Translations under genes and position numbers: made by a program
The notes under the pieces: generated by a model
Told to the model about the DNA's origin: nothing
What the model saw: the letters and a program-made list of their open reading frames with translations, nothing else
Database searches by the model: none
Origin: a virus
Length of the DNA stretch: 64,000 nucleotides
Direction: 5' to 3' (one strand)
Virus record (IMG/VR): IMGVR_UViG_3300034684_000299
Location: 96,001-160,000 of that record
Part shown: piece by piece, positions 10,267 to 20,530 of the stretch
Position numbering within the stretch: position 1 is the stretch's first letter
How the letters are laid out: every line of letters starts with the position of its first letter

Positions 10267-10424
10267 ATGCCATTACCTAAACCGAAAGAAGGTGAAAAAA
10301 AGAACGATTTTATCAGCCGTTTCATGAACAATGAGAATGCAAAAAAGAATTTGAAAGCAATAGTCAAAGGTTAGCTGTTGCTTATTCCATATGGGATAGA
10401 GAAACAAAAAAGAACAAAAAATAA
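10267..10424 (+). pseudogene. Small conserved phage-type protein (MPLPKPKEGE..QRLAVAYSIW) split by a 1-nt shortfall in an A-run
   Basis: The frame switches at A6 (10341-10346). One extra A gives a continuous 52-aa ORF with an SD. Confidence 0.55.
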
Positions 10425-10439
10425 AAGGAGGAGAATATT

Positions 10440-10877
10440 ATGAAAAAGGTTTTAGTGGTAGTTTTATTAGTTGTATTGGGTAGTTTAAGTTTATTTGCTT
10501 CTAAAGCTATGAGAGAAGAACTATTATACTACTGGGATATGAAAAACATTGAAACTCGTGTGAATTCTGGACATGGTGTAATGGTCACACCTTCAGGAAA
10601 CATTATAGTAGCATTGCCGGACAATTCTGAATCGGTAGTATTTGCTTTTAACCTCTATTCAGAAACAGAAGATTTTGAGTATTTTTTGAAAGATAGAACA
10701 ATGTTACCATATAATTCAGAATTTAGATTAGACTTTCTGAAAAAATTATCTGATTTTATGGATTATCAAATTGATCATGGTTACTTTCCTGGTGGAAAAT
10801 ATGTATGGTTGGATACATATTACGTATTAATGCAGGTAACCATGGATACTAAATATATTTATGTTCAACTATACTAA
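10440..10877 (+). CDS. Secreted hypothetical protein
   Basis: MKK + hydrophobic stretch + SLFA signal-peptide-like N-terminus. Confidence 0.7.
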   Translation: MKKVLVVVLLVVLGSLSLFASKAMREELLYYWDMKNIETRVNSGHGVMVTPSGNIIVALPDNSESVVFAFNLYSETEDFEYFLKDRTMLPYNSEFRLDFLKKLSDFMDYQIDHGYFPGGKYVWLDTYYVLMQVTMDTKYIYVQLY

Positions 10878-11051
10878 AAAAGGGGGGTTCCCCTTTTTTT
10901 TACAAAGATTTCGTGAAGAAAGCCCTTGCCTTTAGGCTTGGGATGAATTCACGTTTTATTTAATTTAAATTTAATATTTTATTAATTTTAATAATATAAT
11001 TATATATTATAATAATCATATTATAATTATTATATAATAGGAGTTGATATA

Positions 11052-11468
11052 GTGGAAATAATAGGTAAAGATGGAAATTATTTAACAAATAATACTACAG
11101 TTCATAAATGCATTTATCATATAATATGGACTACTAAATATCGAAGACCAGTATTAACTAATGAAATGCAAGAATATTTAAAAAATTTATTATTAAAATA
11201 TTCAAATGAAAATGAAAAATTTAATATTATTGAATTAGAAATTATGCCAGATCATGTTCATTGTTTAATACAAATAGATCCAGATTTTCCAATTTCATCT
11301 ACTTTAAATATTTTAAAAGGAAAAAGTTCTCATGATATGATTGAACATTTTCCTGAACTTAAAAAGAGACTTCCAACATTATGGACTAGATCTAAATTTA
11401 TTGCAAGTGTTGGGTCTGTATCATTAAAAACTGTTAAAGAATATCTTGAAAATCAGAAAAATAAGTGA
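11052..11468 (+). CDS. tnpA: IS200-type Y1 HUH transposase
   Basis: YHIIWTTKYRR, MPDHVH (HUH), LWTRSKF, KEYLENQ (catalytic Tyr). Confidence 0.95.
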   Translation: MEIIGKDGNYLTNNTTVHKCIYHIIWTTKYRRPVLTNEMQEYLKNLLLKYSNENEKFNIIELEIMPDHVHCLIQIDPDFPISSTLNILKGKSSHDMIEHFPELKKRLPTLWTRSKFIASVGSVSLKTVKEYLENQKNK

Positions 11469-11479
11469 GATGATTTATA

Positions 11480-12640
11480 ATGTTAAAAACTTATAAATTT
11501 AGATTATACCCAAACGAAGATCAAAAAGTTTTAATTGAAAAACATATTGGTGCTTATAGATTTATATATAATTTTTTCTTAGAATATTCTACTAAAGCTT
11601 ATAAAAACACCAAAACCTCTACCAATGTATATAATTGGATGAAAGAATTAACTAAATTAAAAAAGACTAAAAAATATTCTTGGTTAAATGAAATAAATAG
11701 TCAAAGCCTTCAAGATAGTTTGTTTAATTTGGATAGAGCTTATCAAAGATTTTATAAAAAACAAACTGGTTATCCTAAATTTAAAAAGAAAAATAAAGTT
11801 AAATGGTCTTTTAGTGTTCCCCAATATATTAAATTAGAATATTCTACTAATAATATTAAATTTGGATATTTGTTTATACCTAAATTTAAAAAAGATCCTA
11901 TTAAAGTTCGTATTCATAGAATATTACCAAATGAATATAAAATTAAAACTGCAACCATTGTTAAAACTAAAAGTAATAAATATTATGTTTCATTAGTTAT
12001 AGAATACCAACCGCAAGAAAAAAATATTTCTTTTGTAAAAGTAATACCAGATGGAATTGGTATTGATGTTGGTATAAAAGATACTATTGTTTTAAGTAAT
12101 GGTGAAAAATATAATTATCCTATTAATTCTAAAAAATATGATAAAAAACTTAAACATCTTCATAAATCATTATCACGAAAATATAAATCTGATCAACCAA
12201 GATCAAAAAATTTTGAAAAAGATCGTATAAAACTTGCTAAAACTTATGAAAAAATTAATAATATAAAAGAAAACTGGATTCATCAAATTACCAAGAAATT
12301 AGTTGCTGAGAACCAAGGTAGCTATTTTTTCTTGGAAGATTTGAATATCCGAGGTATGTTTAAAAATCATAAATTAGCAAAAGAAATACAATTTCAATCT
12401 TGGTATAAATTTAAAGAAGTATTAACATATAAATCCATTTGGAATGGCAAACAAGTTATCTCTATCAATAGATATGAACCAAGTACTAAAACATGTTCTA
12501 AATGTGGTTATATAAATAATAATTTAACTTTAGATGATAGAAGTTGGACATGTCCAAATTGTAATTCATATCATGATAGAGATATCAATGCAGCCATAAA
12601 TATTAAAAATTTTGGTATCAACCAGCTGGTAGCTGGATAA
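11480..12640 (+). CDS. tnpB: TnpB RNA-guided endonuclease
   Basis: HTH N-terminus, GIDVG, LEDL, CSKCG/CPNC Zn finger, DRDINAA. Confidence 0.95.
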   Translation: MLKTYKFRLYPNEDQKVLIEKHIGAYRFIYNFFLEYSTKAYKNTKTSTNVYNWMKELTKLKKTKKYSWLNEINSQSLQDSLFNLDRAYQRFYKKQTGYPKFKKKNKVKWSFSVPQYIKLEYSTNNIKFGYLFIPKFKKDPIKVRIHRILPNEYKIKTATIVKTKSNKYYVSLVIEYQPQEKNISFVKVIPDGIGIDVGIKDTIVLSNGEKYNYPINSKKYDKKLKHLHKSLSRKYKSDQPRSKNFEKDRIKLAKTYEKINNIKENWIHQITKKLVAENQGSYFFLEDLNIRGMFKNHKLAKEIQFQSWYKFKEVLTYKSIWNGKQVISINRYEPSTKTCSKCGYINNNLTLDDRSWTCPNCNSYHDRDINAAINIKNFGINQLVAG

Positions 12641-12760
12641 ACTACCCTACCGTAGGAACTACGGGAAGTTAAGCCTTTGGAGACTGTGTAAGACTTGCTA
12701 TCATAGAAGCAACGGTCTATGAATTAGGAAGCCAAGCCCTTTAGGGTTTGTGTAGTTCAC
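12610..12760 (+). ncRNA. TnpB omegaRNA (right-end RNA) scaffold
   Basis: Overlaps the tnpB 3' end and the right end. Shares GTTAAGCCTTTGGAGACTGTGTAAGAC and GATGAATTAGGAAGC-like blocks with 56864-57003. Confidence 0.7.
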
Positions 12761-12767
12761 CCTATCA

Positions 12768-13136
12768 ATGAAAACAAGGAGTGATAAAATGAGCAACATT
12801 ATTGTACATTTTAAAAACATTTCCGAATGCCCAAATATCATTAGATTTCCTAAGAAATGTGACGGTATTGAAAATCAATTCACTTACATAAGAAATTCAA
12901 AAGATTATATAGAATTTATCTCAAACAATCCCTTTGAAAAAAAAGTGAATATTTTAGACAACAAAAAAGCTGTTATGCTAGAAATTCACCATAAAAATCC
13001 TAATACAATTGAATATACTTTTTTTATAGGTAATGAACCAGATAAACAGTGGATAAATAAATATATTACTTGGATTAAATCAGATATCAATTCTGAAATT
13101 ATTTTCGATAATTCAATGAATTTATTTGATATATAA
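12768..13136 (+). CDS. Hypothetical protein
   Basis: ORF track; second Met follows an AGGAG SD. Confidence 0.6.
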   Translation: MKTRSDKMSNIIVHFKNISECPNIIRFPKKCDGIENQFTYIRNSKDYIEFISNNPFEKKVNILDNKKAVMLEIHHKNPNTIEYTFFIGNEPDKQWINKYITWIKSDINSEIIFDNSMNLFDI

Positions 13137-13198
13137 GGAATTATTTCGCCATATTGAAAAAACCCCCACATCTTTTGATGTGGGGTCAGGGGGCGAGG

Positions 13199-13474
13199 CT
13201 ATCTGTTCAGTTCATCTTTTAGCTTGTCACTAGGACGGAATCTTGGTTTCATTTTAGCGGGAATTTCGATATATTCTTTTGTTTGAGGATTTACACCTCT
13301 TCTACTGTTCATATGAATCGCATCAAATGCACCAAATTCTCTCAAAACGACTTTATCTCCATCTCTCATAGCTTCTTTAACCGTATCTATAAAAGCGTCT
13401 AAAAACTTTTTAGACATCTTCTGAGTAGTATTAGTTTTAGAAGCTATCTTCTCAATGGTTTCTTTAGTATTCAT
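13199..13474 (-). CDS. hup: Histone-like DNA-binding protein HU
   Basis: GDKVVLREFGAF, RRGVNPQTKEYIEIPA, PRFRPSDKLK. Confidence 0.93.
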   Translation of the reverse strand: MNTKETIEKIASKTNTTQKMSKKFLDAFIDTVKEAMRDGDKVVLREFGAFDAIHMNSRRGVNPQTKEYIEIPAKMKPRFRPSDKLKDELNR

Positions 13475-13520
13475 TGTTTCCCCTCCTTTTCAAAAAATCT
13501 CTTTCAATCAACGTTAATTA

Positions 13521-13549
13521 ATTATACCATGTAAAAAAACAATTGTCAA
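13521..13549 (-). promoter_or_regulatory. Consensus sigma70 promoter for HU
   Basis: TTGACA-17 nt-TATAAT with TG extension. Confidence 0.8.
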
Positions 13550-13709
13550 CTAATTTCTTCAATTTTTATGGGGAAAATACAAATTTATTTGGTTAAACCA
13601 CCGCCAAAATTGCAGTGTGCTATAATTAGATTGAAATCTATAATTCAAGGGGGTTTTAAGCATTTTCACTAAAGTATTTGATTACGAATTTGACAAAACA
13701 ACGGATATA

Positions 13710-14468
13710 TTGCTTATTGGAGATGTTCATTATGGAGTAGCTGGTAGCTTGTTGCCAGAATTGGATAATTACCTAACCAAAAAAGACAAAGAGAGTAAAA
13801 TACTTATACTAGGAGATATGGTTGACAATGCATTAGTTGCATCTGTAGGAGACGTATATGAGCAAGTTAAAAACCCTAATAAATCATTCGAACAAATAGA
13901 AAGTTTCTTAAAAAAATACAAAGATAGAATATTAGTTGTTATTTCAGGTAACCATGAGCATAGAACAAGAAGAGTCGCAGGAATAGACATATTAGAAATG
14001 ATTATGAGAAATTTAGAAATTCCTTATACTCCAAACAGTGCAATAGTAGATGTGAGTGTAAAAACAAATCATGGTTATGGTTCAAGACACAGATACAATT
14101 ATGTATTTGCTTTGCATCATGGTGTAGCTGGTGGAAGATACCCAGAAAAATCAACTCGTCAAGGAAGATGGTTCCAAGATAAACTTGTTGGAGTAGACGC
14201 TTATATAATGGGACATACTCATTCAGGTAATGTTACTCCATTAGCTCAAGAAATATATGATAGAAGAAATAAAAGCGTTTATAAAAGAACTCTATACTAT
14301 ATAACTATCAGTTCCTTTGTTGAAGATGAATATGCCGAAAGAAAATTACTACGTCCACCCGCATACAATTTATTCAAGATAAGATGTTATGGAGACGATA
14401 GAAGAAAACTTGAAGTATCTACGGAAGAGTTTATAGTCAATCTACCTGAAAAAGAGATTGAAAAGTAG
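13710..14468 (+). CDS. Calcineurin-like metallophosphoesterase
   Basis: GDVH, GDMVD, GNHE, HHG and GHTH motifs. True start may be slightly upstream. Confidence 0.85.
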   Translation: MLIGDVHYGVAGSLLPELDNYLTKKDKESKILILGDMVDNALVASVGDVYEQVKNPNKSFEQIESFLKKYKDRILVVISGNHEHRTRRVAGIDILEMIMRNLEIPYTPNSAIVDVSVKTNHGYGSRHRYNYVFALHHGVAGGRYPEKSTRQGRWFQDKLVGVDAYIMGHTHSGNVTPLAQEIYDRRNKSVYKRTLYYITISSFVEDEYAERKLLRPPAYNLFKIRCYGDDRRKLEVSTEEFIVNLPEKEIEK

Positions 14469-14572
14469 AAAAAGCTGTAACAAAAAAATAACAATAAAAA
14501 ATGTATAAATTGATATAATAGAAGAGAAAATTCTCTTTATATCAAACAATTATCGAGAAAGGAGTTGAACAC

Positions 14573-16333
14573 ATGATAAAAAACAAAAAAAATGATAAAG
14601 ATGTTGCTGTGCAGAACTCAGATTCTAAGAAGAAAAAGAAAGATAGTAAAAAGACCGAACCTAAAGCACCACCATTAGATCCATCCCAAAGAGAATTAAA
14701 CAAAATTTTTTTCCAATTACTTGAATATTCGAGAAACGACATTTTTATTGATGGTAATACCTTTTTTATTGACGGTTCTACAGACAAGCATGATCAACAA
14801 TCTATTCAAACAAAAAGGGACATTTATGTTGATTTAGACCCTCTTGATGAACATGCTAGTTATGACCAACCTGAAGTTATTGAAAAAATTGTTGCAATAG
14901 CCTCAGAAACCAATGCGTTTGGAGCTGTGTTCACAGGCAGAGGTTATCATATACATTATCTCCTGAACAAAAATATTCCTATTTTTTATATAAAAGATAT
15001 TTATATTCATATGGCTATGTATTTTCAAAATATAATAAAAGAAAAGATCAAAGAGTATGAATTAAATAAAATATTCAAAGTTGACCCTGCTTCTAAAAGC
15101 TATACTCAATTAAGCAGGACCCCTGGAAGTATAAATCCCAAAAATGGTAAACTCGTAAGATGGGTATATCAAAATGTAGATAGTTTTATAGACTATGAAA
15201 AATTATTAAACGTGCTCATACTTACAAAAGATGATATAAAAGAGCCAATATTGGACAGCGTAATAGCAGAATTTCCAGAATTTAACAATGCTCATATTGA
15301 TTCTATTGAAGATTTTTTCAGTACAGAATGGATGGAAAAGATTGTCAATCATATATCTTTAAAAGTTTATGGTGAAGAACAAAACGTAAGGAAAGGATTC
15401 AATTGTGTTTTACATGAAGAGAAACATCCTTCCGCATATATAATGAAAAGAAACGAAAAAGCTTCTTACAGTGATTTTCATTTAGAATCCAGACAGGACC
15501 CTATTATTCCAAATATCCTTGGAATGTATAAGAATATATTTGAAGTAATGTTATCTTATGTCCTCGGTAAGAACGTATTAATGACAAAAAAAGCAACAAA
15601 TGAATTTATTCGTGTATTGATAGACAAAGCTAACATCTATAATCATACATTTGAATCAGAAAAAGCAAAAGTTATGGATGATATTGATAATTTAATGGCT
15701 GAACTTAATATGAAAGGATTAAAAAATATAAAACTCTATCGATCACTAATGGTTATTCGAGATACAATAATTTATAAACTAAATTATGGACAAGATAAGT
15801 TTATTATGACACAGAAATGGCTTGCAGAACTAAGCAGAACTTCTCCAGCTGATGCCAGTAAAATTCTTTCTTTGCTCACAGCTTCAGGACTCTTAAAGAG
15901 AACAAGTATTTATTTAATGAATGCTAAAAATGAAACTAATGATAGATATCGATTCACAGAAATATCTTATGATACCTATTTAGAAGAGTATCAAGGGAAA
16001 TACAGCACTTATGCATATCAATATAATTTCAATGCCGATATCCATAAGATCGCTGATGATATTTACAATTTCTTCAAAAAATTTAGTTTTAAAGATATTA
16101 AATACAAAGTCTTAATCGCATTCTTCCCAATAAGAAACCTATTGATAATTCCTTCAAACAAAAGGAAAAAAGGTAATACTCCTTCTAAACCGCAAAAACA
16201 TCCTGATAGAAATCGCCAAGAGAATTTGACAGAAAGTCTTTTTCATCATATGCTAAAAGAACTTCCTAAATTGCTACATCCTTCTGTCTTTTTCTCAAGT
16301 CCACCAGAACTGGAGTTTGTCAAGCAAACTTAG
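14573..16333 (+). CDS. Primase-like (AEP/RepB-type) replication protein with Zn finger and HTH
   Basis: YVDLD, FTGRGYHIHY, RTPGSIN, FNCVLHEEKHPS and a wHTH-like segment (MTQKWLAEL..SKILSLLTASGLLKR). Confidence 0.6.
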   Translation: MIKNKKNDKDVAVQNSDSKKKKKDSKKTEPKAPPLDPSQRELNKIFFQLLEYSRNDIFIDGNTFFIDGSTDKHDQQSIQTKRDIYVDLDPLDEHASYDQPEVIEKIVAIASETNAFGAVFTGRGYHIHYLLNKNIPIFYIKDIYIHMAMYFQNIIKEKIKEYELNKIFKVDPASKSYTQLSRTPGSINPKNGKLVRWVYQNVDSFIDYEKLLNVLILTKDDIKEPILDSVIAEFPEFNNAHIDSIEDFFSTEWMEKIVNHISLKVYGEEQNVRKGFNCVLHEEKHPSAYIMKRNEKASYSDFHLESRQDPIIPNILGMYKNIFEVMLSYVLGKNVLMTKKATNEFIRVLIDKANIYNHTFESEKAKVMDDIDNLMAELNMKGLKNIKLYRSLMVIRDTIIYKLNYGQDKFIMTQKWLAELSRTSPADASKILSLLTASGLLKRTSIYLMNAKNETNDRYRFTEISYDTYLEEYQGKYSTYAYQYNFNADIHKIADDIYNFFKKFSFKDIKYKVLIAFFPIRNLLIIPSNKRKKGNTPSKPQKHPDRNRQENLTESLFHHMLKELPKLLHPSVFFSSPPELEFVKQT

Positions 16334-16906
16334 TTTGACTCCAATCAATGTGTGAAAGTAAAAAAGTTCGTCAGTTGAATGCATTCAAATATGCATTAAT
16401 TCTTCATTCCAAGTTTTTGAGTTTTCCAAATTCGCCAGCCATTCTTTTCTCATTCTTTCCAGTGTGTAATGTTATTTGTTAACTAAAGTTTTATATTTCA
16501 CTTGTAACTCTTAAAGTATAATCCTGGTTTGTTAATCTTATTCTTCTTTAGTTAATATATCTTAGATTCTTCTTATAACCATACATTACTAAGAGAAGCA
16601 TTTAGATTCTTCTTAGTACTATATGGTTTTACTGAAAAAAACAAAAACTGGATTTTTTTTTAAAGGCCAACTTTCTTTTTTTTGGTAATTGAGTTAGGCA
16701 AATCTACCAACTTTACAAACAGTTATTAACTAGAAGAAATCCATGACTATGCAAAAAAAGAAAGAAAGAATTGTGAGTGAACAGAGTAAGCGTTAGAAGA
16801 AAACTAGAAACTCACAATTCTTTGAAGTGAACACATTATTTTTCATTATTTCAAACTAATAAAAAAGCTGTGAGAACAAAATCCCACAGCTGATATTGAA
16901 AACAAT

Positions 16907-17941
16907 TCACTTTTTCTTATTCTTGTTTTTAAACTTTTTTTCTAGCTCTTCATCAGGATCAGGGTCAAGCTCGTTGTATGGAACGCGGGGCATATCGTCC
17001 TGATAACGATCAAGCCAATTTGTTATTTTCATTAATGCTTTAATGAACTCAATGAATTTTGGAGTAAACAACACCATAGTGTGATTAAATTCGTATTCTA
17101 ATTTAAACGGTTTTATTGTGAACTTATCAGAAGCTTTTCTATTATCCATTGAGAAAGTAAAAGTTCCATCTGGTTTAACTACGACTTCTAAGTGGTCTTT
17201 GTAGGTTGATTTATATCTAGCAAATGACACTTCCTTTCTCCAACCAACATATCTTTCAGTGCAGTACAAAGAATGATCAGATAAAACAGTATCGATATAA
17301 TTGAAAACTTCTGCTAATGTTGTATGAATACCATCAGCATCTCCGTCGATGAATGCAAATGGTTCTAAAAATGAAAGGAAATATCCTGCTTCTAACTTAA
17401 CGTCATTTTCTTCATTTTCAAGCGTATTTTCATAAAACTCGTTTACTGCTGGGTGATTAAATTCAAAAGATTGTGGAATCATTTCTTCTAGATTCGAATC
17501 AGGTGCAAAAGCGGTTTCAAGAGCTGAAGGTTCTATATTAAAATCTTCTTTTGAAAGATCTTCAACTGGAATCTTCTTGGCATTTTGTAAAATAACATAT
17601 TTTTCCCCATTGAGATCTTCTTCTTGTTTTAAATAATCGTCTATTTTAACAAATTTTGATAGAACAAATCTGAACCCAGACAAAGGTTGATCTTTAAGAA
17701 CATAAACTTTTATGGGGCCTTGGTTAGTATTTAATTCTAATGCATCGTTGATATATATCTTCTCGTCTTTATCTGTTTTGATATGAATGTATTTTTGAAA
17801 ATCAATATCGTCTAAATTTAGTTCTATAGGTACATTGTCTTCACTAGCAACTACTACTTTGTTGCTTAACTTATCCACCTTATAAATATTCTCGTAGGTT
17901 TTCTTCCAGACTTTGTCGTAAACTCTGTAATCTTCAAGCAT
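16907..17941 (-). CDS. Hypothetical protein with YopX-like N-terminal domain
   Basis: YRVYDKVWKK...QKYIHIKTDKDEKIYINDAL resembles YopX. SD-led start at 17941. Confidence 0.55.
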   Translation of the reverse strand: MLEDYRVYDKVWKKTYENIYKVDKLSNKVVVASEDNVPIELNLDDIDFQKYIHIKTDKDEKIYINDALELNTNQGPIKVYVLKDQPLSGFRFVLSKFVKIDDYLKQEEDLNGEKYVILQNAKKIPVEDLSKEDFNIEPSALETAFAPDSNLEEMIPQSFEFNHPAVNEFYENTLENEENDVKLEAGYFLSFLEPFAFIDGDADGIHTTLAEVFNYIDTVLSDHSLYCTERYVGWRKEVSFARYKSTYKDHLEVVVKPDGTFTFSMDNRKASDKFTIKPFKLEYEFNHTMVLFTPKFIEFIKALMKITNWLDRYQDDMPRVPYNELDPDPDEELEKKFKNKNKKK

Positions 17942-17952
17942 GTGGTCCCCTC

Positions 17953-19005
17953 CTATAATAATTTTGGTCTTTCTGGTTTCCAAGCTTTTTGCAATTTGTC
18001 CACTGACGTTGAAAGTATTTGAGTTTCTGGTGGTACTTCAATTGTTTTATGTGTTGGTTCGCCTTTGTATTTCAAATATATTTTATATGTTCCAGTAATA
18101 TCTTTGGGTAATTTGAGTCTAACTTTTGCTCCATAATAATCAAGTATTTCATGAGGGATTATTGTACCGTCTTCTAATTGAAATTCAAAATTGTCTAAGA
18201 TTTCTTGAGCAGAAGAACCTACTGATATTTGATATGGTTCTTCTGTTAATCCTTGATTTAACAAATGCCAATTTGGATGAAGATTCGGATAATAAGGTCC
18301 GCCATAAATTCCTATATTACATCTAGTACCGTCTGGATTGAGAATAGTAGGATCTCCTGTATGCAACCATGCTCCACCTGATACTATATTGTATGCTTGA
18401 TCAAAAGTGATATTATTATAATTAAGATTGTATCCAGAACCTCCGGGATACACACAGTTTTTGAATTCCATTGAGCCACCATATAGAGTTGGAGTATATG
18501 TGAATATTGTATTGTAAAAGTGTGCATTTAAATTATCAAAAGTAGAATAACCTCGAACAAATTTATTAAAAATGCAATTATAGATATTAATATTTATTAT
18601 GTCTGGCCAAGATCCAAAAAGATATGAAGCTCCAGCCGCCGCATCGTTTTGTTGAATAGTTAATCCTATAAGGTTAACGTTATTTAAAAAAAGAAATCCA
18701 CGATCCCAATCATGTGTGTTAGCTGTAGAAATAATAGTATTTAAAGGATTAGTTCCTATTAAGCTAGGAAAAAATATAGAATCTCCACGAGTATGAACGT
18801 AAACATAAGTTCCAGGCGAGAAAAATACAGCATGGGTATTATCTACTGTACCTAATGATATAGCTACAGATACAAATCCTTGAATAGTTTTAAATGGTTT
18901 ATTCTTACTCCCATCCCCAGTAGTATCTGAACCATTGTTTGCGTCTAAATACCAAATCTTACTGAACGTCAAGACTTCATTATTAATTTGAATACTTTCC
19001 GACAT
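17953..19005 (-). CDS. Pectin-lyase-like beta-helix protein (DUF1565-like N-terminus)
   Basis: WYLDANNGSDTTGDGSKNKPFKTIQ, Asn/Ile-rich repeats, DPTILNPDGTRCNIGIYGG. Confidence 0.6.
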   Translation of the reverse strand: MSESIQINNEVLTFSKIWYLDANNGSDTTGDGSKNKPFKTIQGFVSVAISLGTVDNTHAVFFSPGTYVYVHTRGDSIFFPSLIGTNPLNTIISTANTHDWDRGFLFLNNVNLIGLTIQQNDAAAGASYLFGSWPDIININIYNCIFNKFVRGYSTFDNLNAHFYNTIFTYTPTLYGGSMEFKNCVYPGGSGYNLNYNNITFDQAYNIVSGGAWLHTGDPTILNPDGTRCNIGIYGGPYYPNLHPNWHLLNQGLTEEPYQISVGSSAQEILDNFEFQLEDGTIIPHEILDYYGAKVRLKLPKDITGTYKIYLKYKGEPTHKTIEVPPETQILSTSVDKLQKAWKPERPKLL

Positions 19006-19220
19006 TGTGTATCCCTCGCTAATATAATTTCTTTCAGTTATTCCCTTGCTTCAATTATATCATACAATCAAAAATAAGTCCGCTCAAGATGAGGATTAAG
19101 TTGGAATGGGAAGAAATAAATAGTCCAAAAACTGCCTTATAATAACTTGAAAAAAATGGGTTTATTTTGGTATATATAATGTAGAGGAAAAGAAACATAA
19201 ATTATTAGGAGGTAGAAACA

Positions 19221-19364
19221 ATGATCATTGATTTATTGATTTTAATATGGTTTTTCATAGCATTTTTGCCTGCTTCTATATATTTCGGAGCAGGAATGGT
19301 AATTGTTCAAATAGCTCTGTTTACTGCTACTATTGTAGCAGTAATCATAGCTGAAAGAGACTGA
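19221..19364 (+). CDS. Small membrane protein (47 aa)
   Basis: AGGAGG SD; almost entirely hydrophobic; below the ORF-track cutoff. Confidence 0.6.
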   Translation: MIIDLLILIWFFIAFLPASIYFGAGMVIVQIALFTATIVAVIIAERD

Positions 19365-19416
19365 ACATGCGTCTCTTTTTTTTGGAAAATTATATCATGA
19401 AAAAGGAGGTGAAAAT

Positions 19417-19596
19417 ATGCAGAAATTATTTAATATAGTGGTTTTAACAATAGCCACTATACTTAGTATTGGAGTAATAATACATTTTGAAAAGAAAGAA
19501 GAATCAGTTGCAAGAGAAAGATTTTATCAGGAATTCGGGATGACTCCCGAGGAATACATGGAGAGTCGTCCTGATTGGGGATTTGAAGAGAGGTGA
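19417..19596 (+). CDS. Small single-TM protein (59 aa)
   Basis: AGGAGGTG SD; N-terminal hydrophobic helix. Confidence 0.6.
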   Translation: MQKLFNIVVLTIATILSIGVIIHFEKKEESVARERFYQEFGMTPEEYMESRPDWGFEER

Positions 19597-19648
19597 GAAA
19601 TCACCTCTTTTTTAGTAATAAAATTTTTTTAGAGAAGGAGGTTTTAAT

Positions 19649-20158
19649 ATGGTTATGGTTCGTACTACGTTCAGAGAAAGTATCCCGTTGGAAAACGGGA
19701 AGTATCTTTCTCGAGAAAAATGGATGGGATTAGTTGTAGTGGCGTCAGAACCACTAAGAAGAACGGTTCCAAGATCTGGATTTGAAGGGATAGGGGTGCC
19801 AGACCCCCTAGAATCTATCTTAATAAGTGGAGAGGAAAAAGAGGTTGGAAAGAAATTATTTAAAGGAGATACTGTAGAAGTATTTCCCGGGGAATATAGG
19901 ATTTCTAAAAAAGGTAATCCTGTATTTGAGTTCAAAAAGGATGGGTCTCATAGGTTCGTAGCAGTCAATTGGATGGTAACTTATGGAACAAACGGGGAAT
20001 TAAATTACCCAGTTGATCCAAAAATAGTAATTCACAAAAGAAAAGAAAGATCTGGTAGTGGCAAAACAGGCACTACCTATTATGTTCTTAATACTCCGTT
20101 GACTGAGGACCTCATCAACGGGGTATTTAGTGAGGATGATTTCACATTAGAGGAATGA
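19649..20158 (+). CDS. Hypothetical protein
   Basis: 169-aa ORF with SD, followed by a hairpin and T-run. Confidence 0.75.
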   Translation: MVMVRTTFRESIPLENGKYLSREKWMGLVVVASEPLRRTVPRSGFEGIGVPDPLESILISGEEKEVGKKLFKGDTVEVFPGEYRISKKGNPVFEFKKDGSHRFVAVNWMVTYGTNGELNYPVDPKIVIHKRKERSGSGKTGTTYYVLNTPLTEDLINGVFSEDDFTLEE

Positions 20159-20276
20159 ACACGCTTCCTCTTTTTTTTACTTTGACTTCCAAAGAGGAAG
20201 TCTAAAAAACCTTATAAATTTTGGTATATATAATTTAGAGAAGAAAGAATATTAATATTATAGGAGGTGGAGCATA

Positions 20277-20492
20277 ATGTTTAAATTGTTTTGTAACAAC
20301 TTTGTGCCTGAAGAGGCACGCAAAGGGGCGAAATTAGTTCTGCCCCTTAACACAGGGTTTTTAAGAGACCAGGATGAGGTGTATTTACTAGAGGATTGTA
20401 CATATACCATTAACAAACCAGAAGTACCATTTGTGACAATTAAAATAACCGAAAAAGACCGAGAACTCAACAGAGTTCTCGTCATCTATTAA
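20277..20492 (+). CDS. Hypothetical protein
   Basis: SD-led ORF after a TGGTATATAT motif. Same terminator (GAGGAATGAACACGCTTCCTC+T) as the previous gene. Confidence 0.7.
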   Translation: MFKLFCNNFVPEEARKGAKLVLPLNTGFLRDQDEVYLLEDCTYTINKPEVPFVTIKITEKDRELNRVLVIY

Positions 20493-20530
20493 AAAAGAGG
20501 AATGAACACGCTTCCTCTTTTTTTTACTAT

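Larger units (their letters stand above)
10913..12760 (+). mobile_element. IS200/IS605 element (tnpA + tnpB)
   Basis: Subterminal hairpins at both ends, right end ...GTAGTTCAC, and markedly lower GC than flanks. Left boundary approximate. Confidence 0.85.

Noticed and set aside
20153-20182. Self-target for the orphan TnpB omegaRNA guide (duplicate terminator sequence)
   Set aside because: It is similar to the predicted guide but lacks the adjacent TTAT TAM and has seed mismatches.
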